Source of the DNA: the human T2T-CHM13v2.0 reference genome, Homo sapiens
DNA: 64,000 bases
Direction: 5' to 3' (one strand)
NCBI RefSeq assembly: GCF_009914755.1
Contig: NC_060925.1
The first letter of the stretch is position 1; each line of letters opens with the position of its first letter. Made by a program: the position numbers and the translations under genes. Of the stretch, positions 41,308-54,560 are shown piece by piece. The notes under the pieces were generated by a model, which searched no databases, was not told the origin of the DNA, and saw only the letters and a program-made list of their open reading frames with translations.

Positions 41308-43927
41308 TATATAGATTTGACAAAAGGGAGAATTTTAAGACTGTAACTGATAAGGAAGATATGGATTATTGAGGGAGGATATTAAAGTTAGAATTGTTTT
41401 GGGGGGATGAGTTAGGTTCAAAACACACAAGAATTACAGATTTCAGAAGTATATAGAGATACAGAGATAGAGAAAAAAAATCCAAACCATAAAAAGAGTG
41501 GATGCTGTAGCTTGTGGAATATTACCCTTATTCACCAATCTGTTCAAAGTAATTTCTAACCCCATGGGATAGAGAAGGAGGTAAGTAGAGGAGAGCAGGA
41601 GAAAAAAATAATGGTATGCTGAAAAACATAGTTTGCCAATTGTAGATGTAACTATGATTTGTTTACAAGTTATATCTCTCCAAAAGACCAGGTCAATATC
41701 ACACCAAGTGTAGAGGGAATGAATATACAGAAAATCTTCACCATTACACCTCAAATCTCTGCCAGGAATGTCCTGACTTTCATCCATTAATACTGCCTTA
41801 GGCAAAGGATGCCCCATCAACACTGCATACCGAACAAATCAAATCTAACACTTTGAGTAAGCTTTTTATTTTCATAAAAGCCTTTATAGCTTCTGGCCTC
41901 ATTTACCTTTCAAATAAAAACAAATGAGTTGAGTTTATCATTATAACTAAGAAATTTAAATTCTTTCAGCATTTAAGTAATAGGAGAAGGCCCAAATTGA
42001 GATCAACTTTTAGCATGGTACCTACGGTAAGTAAAACAGGTACTAATGAAAAGTGATTAATTCAGAGCTGCCACAACTAAAATGTTAGTCTACATCATGA
42101 ATCAGTTCGAAGATAAAAATGCATTTGAAGGTTAATGGTTTTAGAAAGATAGTTCAAAAGTGAAAAAACTGAGTTAATGTAAAATGTCTTAAATAACAGG
42201 CTACAAAAATTTATTTGCTTTATTATTATTCTATTACTATACTACTCACATAATGCCAAACCAAGAGGTTGAAATATAAGAAAATCTGGCTAATCAACAG
42301 TTATTTTAAACAAACATAAGTGAATTTTAACATTGTACAGTTATACCCACATGATTTCTACATGGTGAGTTTTGACATATTAGTCATAGCCTAAATAATA
42401 TCTTTAAAAATAACTGACTTGAAATAAGAATAAGGATTTACTTTCCCTTATTTTGATAAACCTCTGTGTCCATTTTCCTTTATCTTTATTCATATATTGA
42501 TATATATATTATAAATAGTGAATTTCAAATTTAAACATGGTTTGATCAGTATCAAAGATTATAGTACAGTTGATTAATGTAACATATTTTATTAACTCAG
42601 TACAAAAAATATTTTTGGAATGTTGACCTCGTCAAGATGGCATGCATTTTTTAGGCAAATAATTACTCCAAATACAGAGTCTATCAGCTGAGAAAACAGT
42701 GAAAAAATGATGTTAATAATATAGGTAAGATATATTTATGAAGAATTTATGGTAAGACAAATATAACCCAGAATAAATCTAAAAGCAAGTCCTATTCTTT
42801 TGGGTAAAAGCCCTTATAATATATTTATACCTACAATAGGTGATATAGTATCATTATATCTACAATACTTCAGATTTAATACAAACTCAACTTATAAGGT
42901 TGATCATTTTCATTGTTTTAATATAGTTGATAGTTCTTAGCTTTCCATTCTTAGCTCATAAGAAAATAGGAAGTATCTTTCTCTGAAGCAAGTGAACTCA
43001 TGAGAAAAGTCTTGAATACTTCTCTGTAGCCCCAATTTCAAGTCACAGATTAAGTGTCCACATTGTTTGCAACTAAGTCACAGCTAAATGCTTCAGAAAT
43101 GTTTAGCAGATTGCTTTATAGCAGAATAACACAGTTTGAACCATAGTTTCTTGAATACATCTTGCTGGGAGCTTATTTCATTCAAATGGTGAAGGCAGCT
43201 GAAGTATGATATTTGAATCAGCCACATTTTGCTCTAATAAAGGAGAATTTTAGGATGCTGTAGTTGTGATAGGCAACAAAGTAAAGCAATTGAAATGTGG
43301 ATCTTATATTTTATACAATTCAGACTGCTTGCATATGTGTGTGTGGTGATAAGGTACTTTAAAAATAAAATTTCATTTGGCAAGAGGCTTACAGTTAAAC
43401 TGTAAAAGCAATACACAGATCATGTGAATTACCAGCATACAAAAATAAATATGCAAATGACTGTAATACTCTTCCAAAATAGCATCTTTAATAGGAAACC
43501 CTTCATAAGAATCTTTATAAAGTGATATATTTTAAAATCGCTTTTATATTTTATAAGTACCTATAACTAGCAGTTCTTATTTTTAATTAGAAAATACACA
43601 TATTTTCAGCCACACTTGAATAAGTGGTATGTATGCACATAAAGAATGGTTACATATATACATTTCTATTATACATTTTAAAAATCATCAAACAAGTTCT
43701 TATCAAGCACTTTCTACTCATATTAAACTTTATATATTACTGGATGCTGTGGAGATTACAGAAGTAATATATATTGTTTTCACTCAAGAAGCTCAAAATC
43801 TACATGGGAAACACAGGAGTGAATATAATTGGATCCTAATGTGTGTATGCAGGTATAACCCCAGTAAATTTTAGATACTCCATAGATTTTGTCAAATGAG
43901 TGAATGAATTGTAAAAGCTAAACTGAG

Positions 43928-44242
43928 TTTTTGTTTTTGTTTTTTAGATGATTCTCAGTCTGTCTTCCAGGCTGGAGTGCAGTGGTGTGATCTCGGCTCC
44001 CTGCAACCTCTGCCTCCCAGGTTCAAGTGATTCTCCTGGCTCAGCCGCCTGAGTAGCTGGGACTACAGGTGCGTGCCACCATGCCGGCTAATTTTTTTTT
44101 TTTTTTTTTTTTTTGTATTTTTAGTAGAGACAGGGTTTCACCATGTTGGCCAGGCTGGTCTCAAACTCCTGACTTCAGGTGATCTTCCTGCTTCGCCATC
44201 CTAAAGTGCTGGTATTACAGGTGTGAGTCACCCCTCCCGGCC
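43928..44242 (-). mobile_element. AluS with an expanded central A-tract
   Basis: Antisense Alu; AAGCTAAA on both flanks. Confidence 0.9.
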
Positions 44243-44379
44243 AAGCTAAAATGTTTTTAATCACTCACTTTAGATAGTTTAAATATTTCAAAAAATTCTA
44301 TCAATGGAAAGTTTGAGAAGAGGGCCTATTTACATATCTGACTTGGAATGTATATTCTAGTTAAATATTGCCATGTATA

Positions 44380-45350
44380 TCTATTATTCTGTCCCCCCTT
44401 CCCCCAACCAAACCAACCAACCAACCATTTCATTATGCTCACAAATTCTATGGTTTGGGAGTTTGTACAGGACATAGTGGGGATTGTCTCTTTCCATGAT
44501 GTCTAGGGCCTCAAATAGGATGCTTCCAACAGCTGGAAGCAACTTGAACTGGTGGGGACTGGAAGGGCTGAGAATGGAAGATCTCTTACCAAGAGGGAAA
44601 TAGGTCTTTACCCTCCTGTCTGGTGACTGGGCTGGGATGATTTAAAGGCTAGGTTCAGCTAGGACTATCAACCACAACACCTATATATATGGCTTCTCCA
44701 TGAAGCTTTGACTTCTTACAGAACAGTGGCTGGGTTCTGAGAAGGTTCAAGCTAGGAGGGAGTTTTCTAAGAATTTATGGTCTTTTTTTTTTATAACTGA
44801 TATATATAATACATTTGCTCTGAAGCTCACATTTTAAAGCCTGAGAAGTAGAATGCTTTACCAACGGCAAAAATCACTGACTAAAATACCTATGAAGTGG
44901 ATATTGTGAATTGTCCATCAAAATCCACCCTGTCCCTGTTCTGTAGGAAGAGTTGTAGCAAGGTCCATAACTACACAGTTAGAGATGACATTTCTCAGCC
45001 TCATTTGAAGCTAGGTGTGGCCATGTGACTACATTCCCAGAATGGAATATGAACAGAAATGTGTAATTTTGAGCCTGGGTCTCAAGACATTGGATATATG
45101 ATCCTCCATGCTCCTTTTTCTTTCGCATGAGGTAGATCATGGAGTTCCTTGACCCATCTTCAACCATGCAGCTGAGAATAATGCCATGGTGAATGATAAG
45201 TTAGAAAGTGCACAGCAACAAGATAGAAAAAACCTGGGTTCCTGGTACAGTCTTTGTGTGTGAGAAATAAGCAAATTTCAGTGTTCTTTAAGCCATAGTG
45301 TTTTGGGTCCTCTTTGATAGAAAAGTTTAGCTTTACTCTAATTCAGATAG
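44380..45350. mobile_element. Old MLT1-type LTR fragments
   Basis: Degenerate MLT1 motifs (GCTAGGTGTGGCCATGTGACT; TTAAGCCA..GTGTTTTGGG). Boundaries approximate. Confidence 0.55.
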
Positions 45351-45902
45351 TACATACACATGATTGAATGATAGCTGGATGCTGAAGAAATGATGGTAGG
45401 GAAAGCAAGCTCCCTGTTGTCCATCTCCCCCAACCAAACCCTTTAAAATGTTTGGTATGGTCAATATTTTTGTATCTATTGACTTTTATTGCTATTTTAA
45501 GTTGCAGAAGATGTTTCTGATGAAGGAAGCACTAGTAGTAAAATGGTCATGTTTATTATGTAAATTTTTTCATACTTATATTCCTTTTCCATTTTGACAT
45601 GGCCAGCCAAATTTTCCCACACATAGCACCAACATTTCACTTGAAAGGCCAAGAAGCTTGTACTTCAGCCCACAGATCTTCAGAAGCTTGTATTTTGGCA
45701 CCACAGATCTTAAACTCTGGAAGCACAGAGAACACGTTCCCATATTTACAAGTAGAAAAATATTACTATTCCAGAATCATCAGAGGCAGCCTTATAGATT
45801 AGAGCAGCAGCTCTCAAGGTGTGGTCTGAGGACCCCTAAGAAACCTTTTCAGAAGGTCTCTAAGGTTAAAACTATTTTCATAATAATATTTAGATGTCGA
45901 CA

Positions 45903-46359
<457 letters not shown>

Positions 46360-46594
46360 TCACTTGCCTTTTTCACTTGTATTCTCCCATAGGGGTAGGG
46401 TGGAATTTTTCAGAGGTTGTGTGACATAGAATGAGGCCATCACTCTGATGGCTAATGAAATGTGAGCTGGTATATTCAGGTTTTTTAAATTCTTCAGTTT
46501 TAACTTCAAATACAGTGAACATCACAATATATAGCCCACATAAAAACTCTTTAGGGTCTTCAGTAATTTTCAAAGAGTATAAAGAGATCCTTAG

Positions 46595-46948
46595 TGTCTT
46601 TGTTTGGGCTACTGTAACAAACCATACAGAATGGCTTACGAGTAAAACAAATTTATTTCAGACAGTTCCGGATCTAGAAGTCTGAGATCAGGGTGCAGCA
46701 TGGTCAGGTTCTGGTGAGGGCCCTCTTCCAGGTTGTAGACTGCTGACTTCTCATTGCATCTGCACATGGCAGAAAGAGAGCAAGAGAGCTCTCTGGAGAG
46801 TCTTTTATAAGGGCACTAATCTCATCCATGGGGTCTTCACCCTCATGACCTAATTACTTCCCAAAGGCCCCCACCTCCTAATATTATCACATTGGAGGTT
46901 AGGATTTCAATATATGAATTTGTAGAGGACAATATTCAATATATAACA
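46595..46948 (-). mobile_element. MaLR solo LTR (MLT1A/MSTD-like)
   Basis: TG...CA termini; TSD CTTAG/CTGAG; related to 37050-37416. Confidence 0.8.
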
Positions 46949-48497
46949 CTGAGGGTAAGAATAAAAAGTTCAACTTCTCAATAGTGATTAAAGCACACTT
47001 TCTTTTCATTACTTCAAATACATACAACTCAAGCAGTTAGCATTCATTCAGTTGATTAGGTCCCAAGTTAGAAAAAATGGTATTTTCTGGTACCCCTTTC
47101 AAAAGAACAGTTTATATTTTGAAGAAATGTCCAAATAATCTTATTTGGGATAACAGCTGAGAATCAGAAAAACCTGAGTATGATCAAACTGTAGCAGGGA
47201 AAGGAGCAGGATTTGCTTGTTAATGTATTGAGGGTGAAAAAAGAGCAAAAGACCCAACATTGGGGTGAAAGGCATCAGATCCTGTCATGTGATCCCTCTT
47301 AAATGTTTGGTACAAAGTTAATGAATTCATGAAATGCTTGAAGACAGAGGGTTTTGGTAGTTAAAAGTTACGGGCTGGGCTTCTGATCCCTATCAATATA
47401 GGCATAGTCAAAGAACAAAGGTGATAGAGGAGTGTTGTGGGAATACATGTGGAGGAAGAGAGAAGGAGGACAATATTTGTGAATAACCTTTCAGGGTCCA
47501 AAAATTGGACTAGGTGAAAAGAGGCTCTTGACTTTAGAGGCTATGAAACTGGGCCTTCAAGGCAAGCTTATCTAATTTTCTGAGGGCCATGGAGTCCCTA
47601 GCTAACAACCTAAATTTCTGTAATACATACAGAATTGCACATACATATACACACACAAATATCTGCTACGTAAGAGATACTATACTAGGCTATCTAAGAC
47701 ACATGGGCCTTTTCTAGCGACTTAAAGTTTAGTGTGAGAGCAAGACTGTATCCAATGATACAAAAAATTGCCCTAACAGATGTATGAACAAAGTACTACG
47801 GGAAGGTTCATATGAGATCTAATATGTACTCATTGTTTATAATTTGTACATTTGCTGGTGTCAGGATCCTTTGGGAACAATAAGCAGAACGGGTAGAGAT
47901 GGAGTCATTGGAAGAAGAGATAACACCAGTTAAACTGTGTTGCTGGTCCTAGTTACTTGTGTCCTGTAGGCAGAACTGTGGTGTCATGCTTTCTCTGATG
48001 GTTATCTCCTTGGCTTAATAGCCTAGTTATGGCTGTTTGCTTAAACACACATACGCACACGCACACACAAGCTTAAGCAGGAAGGGAAATTTATGAGGAG
48101 AATACAAGGAACCCAAGAACAAAGAATAGAGTAGCTGGACTTCCTGGAAGACTGGAGTCAGCTACTATTAAGACATTGAGAACCAAACCTGCTATATTTC
48201 CTCTGTCATCCTGGGACCACATATTCTCTCACCTCTGCTTCTTTTTGAACATGACTAGATTCTCCTATCTATTAAATCTATTGGCTTCTCTCCATTTCTA
48301 CTGCCATGACCCGACTTTAAAGTACTACCCACCCTTTTTTTGCCTGGAAAACTAAAATGGTCCCCTAATTTTTCTCCCCAAATCGACTCTTGGCCATTTC
48401 AAAACTGTTTTCCTCATTACAGCCAGAGTAAGTTGTTTAAAGTGAAAAATTTATTCAGTGGTATTTCCATTACTGCTATGATAAACATCAAAATCTT

Positions 48498-48631
48498 TTT
48501 TAAATTTTATTTTTTGAGAAAGGGTCTTGCTGTGTTGACAAGACAGGTCTCTAACTCCAAGCCTCAAACGATCCTCCTCCCTTAGCCTCCTGAGTTGCTG
48601 GGATTACAGGAACAAGCCACCCTGCCTGGCT
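48498..48631 (-). mobile_element. FLAM monomer
   Basis: Antisense left monomer; TSD TCAAAATCTT. Confidence 0.82.
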
Positions 48632-50801
48632 TTCAAAATCTTAAAACATAGAACTGGATTACTATTCACCCACATTCAGTACCCTTCATTGTGGTACCGC
48701 TGTCTGTGCCCCCTTGTTGTTCTCAGGCATGGCAAATGTTTGGCTGATGAAAAGAGAAAAAAATGTGAGCCTACACTTTAAGAACCATGCTTTACCACTT
48801 TTCCTTCCGCCATGACAATGACAATTTTAGATTGCTCAGTCAGCCTCAGTCCAGAGTGAAGATGTCATGGAGCAGAGCCATGTTAAGCATGTAGGATGGG
48901 AGGTAAATAAACCTTCCTGTAGACCACTGGCAAGCTTTTGGAGTATTTTGTTACTCAGCATAACCTAGCCTATCCTGATACATATGGTCTACACACTCTT
49001 ACTTATTCCATCTCTTTGCTATAGCCTACTTAGCCTTAGAGTAATTACAATAAAGTTTCCCCCTCCCACATTATAACTATTTATCTATGTTATTCTCTCT
49101 CCCTGGAAGGCTCTTTACACCTTTTTCCCCCTCAGTTAACATTTACACACTTATGAGAACTCAGCTTAAGTGTGAAGTACTTAGGAAAAGATTGTCTGCC
49201 CTATGTTTAAAGTACTATGAATTTACCTTATCATTATACCTGTTTTACCAAACTACAAGTTCCATGACAAAAGCGACCAGGTATGCTTTGGTAACCATTA
49301 TATTCCCAGTGACAGGAAGAATTAAATTCTTTTCTCGTTCCAAAGAGAAGTTTTTCTGCATTGTTGTGCACATGGCAGAAAATGGCTATCCAATCCATAG
49401 AACAACACCTTGCCACTCTAGACTGCCAATTGATCAGCATTCCAATGATCTGTTTCCAAAGTCTTAGAGGGAAAATCTGATTGGCTAAACCTGGATATGG
49501 TCTATCAGTGATCTAATCATAGTTTACTGGAAGAGCTATGTTAAGCAGAGTCAACATGGCTTCAGAGATATCTCTGTGTATAGGAGGAATTTTCAGTCAA
49601 GTGGATGTGGACTGAGCTGACATTCTAAAAAGCAGCTACTGTAGTCACTATAGTTGACTACTCTTCTGTGTTCTTAATCAAGAACCCTGTGCTCAAAATT
49701 ATCTTCAGAGCGCATACAAGAGAATGATTTCTACAAGGGGGTTTCTTAAGGAAGAAGAGGGTGGTGACCAAGTAATTCTTACTCTGACCTCTGGAGTTTT
49801 GCCTTTCCTTAGGCACTCTTACTTTGATTACCACTGCTACTTCATTCTAATCTTTTGGAAGTAGGGGTGGGCTTTTTCTTCTAACATGGAAAACAACAAC
49901 AACGAAAGGAAAACAAAACAAAACAAAACTCTTGTATTGATTCTCCATCATACTGTAGGGACAAGTTTGAATTGAACAGTTTACAAATATTAAGGACAAG
50001 CAAAAGGGAAATAAACAACGGAAGGCAATAAAAATGTGACTCACAAAATAAAGATTTCTGGCCCTTTCCCTGGACATATGGTTCCTGTCTCATTTCACTT
50101 GAAATTTAAGGAAAAAGAGGGCCCATATTATCTGAATATCTGTTTCAAAAGCACAGAAAATGAAAAAAAAAAAAAGTTGTTAGCTTTTCTAGAATTTTTC
50201 CTGTAACATCCCATCTTTAAGAAAAAAAGATAACACTTTCTATTTATTTCTAGATTTTTGGTCATTTCTACTTCTTAAAGACCTTTAAAATATTTATGAA
50301 AAATTTAAAAAGGTACCAGCATAACTAGTGATACAATCCAGATATTTTTAAGGACTTTGCCCTCTTAAATGGACACTAAAAAAACTCTTCTTTTTTTTTT
50401 ATTGTTAATGTAAATTACTTCTGAACTATATTTAAGATTCTCTAAACACATTTGTAAATAGGGGCCCAATACAACCCATCTGAATCAATCTGATATGTTT
50501 CCATTAAAACTTTTTCAAGTGTGCTTCAGTCTGATAAGTATGATCCATGTCCTATTACGTTTTTTTCCCCCTGAACAGAGAGTGTGACCTGGGTAGTAAA
50601 TTTTAGCTTAAATGAAACTAATTTGCTGTTTAAATCATCACATATTTTAGATTATCAAGTAGTTTTAATATTGTTGGCCTCCCTTTTGTACTACTTTCCC
50701 TAGCACAGCTAATCTCAGAAATAATTCCTTAACTTTAAAAACTTTGTATATTTGTTGCTTAAATTTACATGTGAAATGTAAAATTAATATTCCTTATCAA
50801 C

Positions 50802-50942
50802 AGTGGTGTGCACCTATAGTCCCAGCTGTTTTGAAGGATGAGTCAGGAGGATCCCTTGTGCCCAGGAATTTGAGGTTGCAGTGAGCTATGATCATGCCAC
50901 TGCAGTCAAGCCTGGGCAAAAGAGCGAGACTGTCTCAAAAAA
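50802..50942 (+). mobile_element. Alu right monomer (FRAM/AluJ)
   Basis: Right arm only. Confidence 0.8.
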
Positions 50943-51421
50943 TTTTTTTTTAATTATTAACACTGTTTTAACATTAGAAGTGTGTAACATTTAAAGTCTT
51001 TTTCTACGGTAAAAATTTAATGCTTTCAGTTTAATATCAATTTAAAGTTATTATAGCGGCATGGTGAAGGTTAAAACAAGCATGGATGGCAATTAGGAGA
51101 CTTAGGTAATAGTCCCCATCTCTGCCACTAAGTAATACTGCTGTCTTGCTTCTAATTAGCTAAGGAAACTATTAATTTTTTTTTCCTACCTACAATAGGA
51201 GTTAAGCTAGATATTTCAAGTCACTTCTAGTTCTAAAATTACATGATGCTGAAATGTGAACATTTATATCTAAATTAATTTTTACAAAGACTGCTCATTG
51301 ACTGTATTTCTAAGCCCTTGCACAGTTAACTCTTAGTTCCACCATTATTAATCACCTTCTATGTGCACGTCAGCCATCTCAAATCCATTCTGCAGTAAGC
51401 CTTGACAAAAATAAATTTGTA

Positions 51422-51753
<332 letters not shown>

Positions 51754-51932
51754 TTATGGTTATAATAAATTTGATTATGCATTTTACCATAATAAAACAT
51801 TATACACACACACACACAAATGCATGCAGTGCTCCCCTAACACTGTATCTATTACTTAAAATGGCATTATTGTTGTTCGGACATAAGTTGGCTTCCCCAA
51901 AGAATTCTCCAGTCACCCCAAGGATAAGTACC

Positions 51933-52191
51933 TTTTTTTTTTTTTTTTGAGGCAGTGTCTCACTCTTACTGCAACCTCTACCTCCTGGGTTCAAGCAATT
52001 CCCCTGCCTCAGCCTCCCGAGTAGCTGGGATTACAGGCGCACACCACCACGCCCAGCTAGTTTTTGTATTCTTAGTAGAGACAGTTTCACCAAGTTGGCC
52101 AGGCTGGTCTCGAACTCCCGACCTCAGATGATCGGCCAGCCTTGGCCTTCCAAAGTGCTGGGATTAAAGGCGTGAACCACTGCGCCTGGCC
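51933..52191 (-). mobile_element. AluS with a ~35-bp right-arm deletion
   Basis: Antisense Alu; GGATAAG on both flanks. Confidence 0.9.
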
Positions 52192-53329
52192 GGATAAGAA
52201 CTCCTAATCCTTTCTGTAACTCCAAAGCCTAGGACACCATCTGGCTTTTAGTTACCAGTAAAGGTAATCATATCCCGGCCTTTCCAAGTGTTCTTTCATG
52301 TATTTAATTATCATCTTCAACCAAGGCAATATACTAGACACATAAATAGTTGTAAGACTTGTGAAGTACACACCAGAAAAATTCTTTATCACACATATGA
52401 TAAGTTAGAGTTCAGAAACTGTGGCCACAGAACTCCAGATCTTCAATACATGTTTGCTGAATTGATGTATGAGACTTGAGAAGGCAAAAGGATAGACGTT
52501 AAGTCCTGGCATCAGGCCAACAGATTTACATGGAGCGTGTGAGAAGTACATAATGTTACACTTCCTAAGAAATATGTCAACGAATGCCCTTTCTAAGTAG
52601 CAACGTACCTAAATAACCCTTACCACTCTCTCCAGGTAGTTTTAACAAAGGTATTGTACCGCAGCTTCAAAAAATCAAAAGTTACGCGTTTACCTATCCA
52701 TTCACTGCTCAGACAAAACAAAAACAAAAGCTACCTGTAGGAGACTTCGAAATTCCTTAATACCATAGTGTCATTAAAAACAAACACCTAGATTTACTTT
52801 ACTTAGCTATATTTTACTAAGTAGTCAGGTTAGCTTTAATGCTTACCACGCCAAGGAAAGGTGGCTTTTTTCCTTTCCCGAGGGTAATCCCGTCCCACCT
52901 CCCCCTCCCTTAAATAAAGTTAAAACAACCCAAAAAAACCCAGCTAATTCTCAGCTCTGTACAGTTCTCCAGTACAAGCAACAGTAGTTCAACCTCAAGA
53001 AAAAGACATCTTAAAGGCCGTACATTAAAAGTTGCCAGGGATCCAGCCGCTTACATTTCATGAAAAGTACAGACCATACCCGTTTAGCTAGCTGTGCACC
53101 TTAACTGGTCGAGAAGGCGCGCTGGGGGCTGGGTTTGAGGGTGAGCAAAAGGCAAGATTATTAGTTTGGGTTGACGTGGGGGTCAAGGGGAGAGCAGAGG
53201 AATAATCTGTAAGATCTGAGTCCCGAAGCTCTTTGGGTTATGGAGGTTAGAAAAGGGCCTGTTAAAGTTAGGCCCAAGTTTCGGCAAGGTGGAACTGGGA
53301 AAAAAAAAAAAGAAAGAAAAAAAAAACGA

Positions 53330-54560
53330 AACCCGAAAAAACAACAGCGAGCAGGCTCCCGAGTTCTAGCGTTCACAGTGAAGCCGTTAAACGCAGCAGG
53401 AAAGTAGGCGTGTGTTTTCTTCCTCTTCCCGCCTCCCCAGAGACTCGAGCCCAGTCCTTTCCCCTCATTTTCACCCCAGCCGAGTCCAATGGCTGCCCTC
53501 GCCGCGGAGTCGGGTCGGAAGACGCCCCGCCCCCTCGCCGCGTTCGCCCTAGGGAACCCCTCCGCCCCACCTTCCCTGCCCGATGAGGGGCAGTGGCTGC
53601 CGCCGTCACGTGTGCTGGCAGCCGCCAAGTGAGGCCGCTTTTGCGACGCGGTGACAGCCAAATGGTGCGACAGGAGGAGCTGCAGCCGCGGCCGCAGCGC
53701 CCGCACGGAGAGGCTTGAGGCGGCTCCTGGCGTCGCCCAGAGGGAGCGACTAGACGAACAGTCCGGTGAGGGCGGCGAGAGGAAGCCCGCTACGAGTGCC
53801 CTAGCTCCCCGCCGCTCTCGATGAACCGGACGGAATAAGCCGCGCCTCCAGCAGGGGCTGCGCCTCCATGAATCCCTAGTTGTTTTTTTTTTTTTCTTTC
53901 TCTCCCCTCTCCTCACCCCCACCCCGAGCCCCGTCCCGCCTTCTCCCTTCGCCAGAGGCGGCCGCGTCCAGGTGCGGAGTCCATACCGGAGCGCAATGGC
54001 GTCCAACCCCGAACGGGGGGAGATTCTGCTCACGGAACTGCAGGTAAGGGCCGCGGCCCTGGTGAGAGGCGCTGGCGGAGGAGACAGGGAGAGAGCCCCG
54101 CGCGGCGTCGGGGACCGAGGAAAGCCCTGCGGCCGCCGCGCCCCTAGCCCGCTAAGTGCGGAAACTCCGGGATGTCACTCGGGAAATGCTTCCCTCGGGG
54201 AACCGCTTCCCTGGGGAGCCGGACCCTCTCCCCCGCCAAAGCCCTGGCCTGCCACCGCTTTGGTTTGATTCTGCCTACCAGAGGGGACCCCATCTCTGCA
54301 GCCCTGCTGCAGCGGGAGCCTGCTCTCGCCTGGTCCCCGGAGAGGCCGGCCCGTCGCCCCCTCCCTCGGTGTCAGAGCTACCCGCGAACGCCCCTGTTGC
54401 CCCCTCCCTTCGCGCGGCCGGGCCCCGCCCCGCCTTTCCTCCGTACACCGCTCCTTAAACTCCTTTGAATGACTCCCAAGCTGTTTTCTTGTCCCTCCCC
54501 CTCCCCTCAGACTCCGCACAAAGAGCGCCCCCATAACTTCCAGCCCCTAGACAAGTTTTT
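53330..54560. promoter_or_regulatory. CpG-island promoter and 5'UTR of PKN2
   Basis: Abrupt GC/CpG-rich block. Motifs: CCAAT 53486-53490, ETS-like CGGAAG 53516-53521, GC boxes GCCCCGCCCC 53524-53533 and CTCCGCCCC 53560-53568, E-box GTCACGTG 53605-53612. No TATA box seen; the exact TSS cannot be determined from sequence. Confidence 0.9.
53996..54043 (+). CDS. PKN2: First coding exon of serine/threonine-protein kinase N2 (PRK2), residues 1-16
   Basis: ATG at 53996 in strong Kozak context (gcgcaATGG) encodes MASNPERGEILLTELQ, which I recognise as the PKN2 N-terminus. It ends at a canonical phase-0 donor CAG|GTAAGG (GT at 54044) and lies in a CpG island. Confidence 0.96.

Noticed and set aside
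53161-54033. 290-aa minus-strand ORF across the PKN2 promoter
   Set aside because: GTG start, low-complexity R/G/A composition and homopolymer-derived K/F runs. Long stop-free frames are expected in GC-rich islands, and I recognise no domain.
53972-54268. 98-aa ORF containing the PKN2 start
   Set aside because: Only 16 codons are exonic; the rest is read-through past a consensus splice donor.
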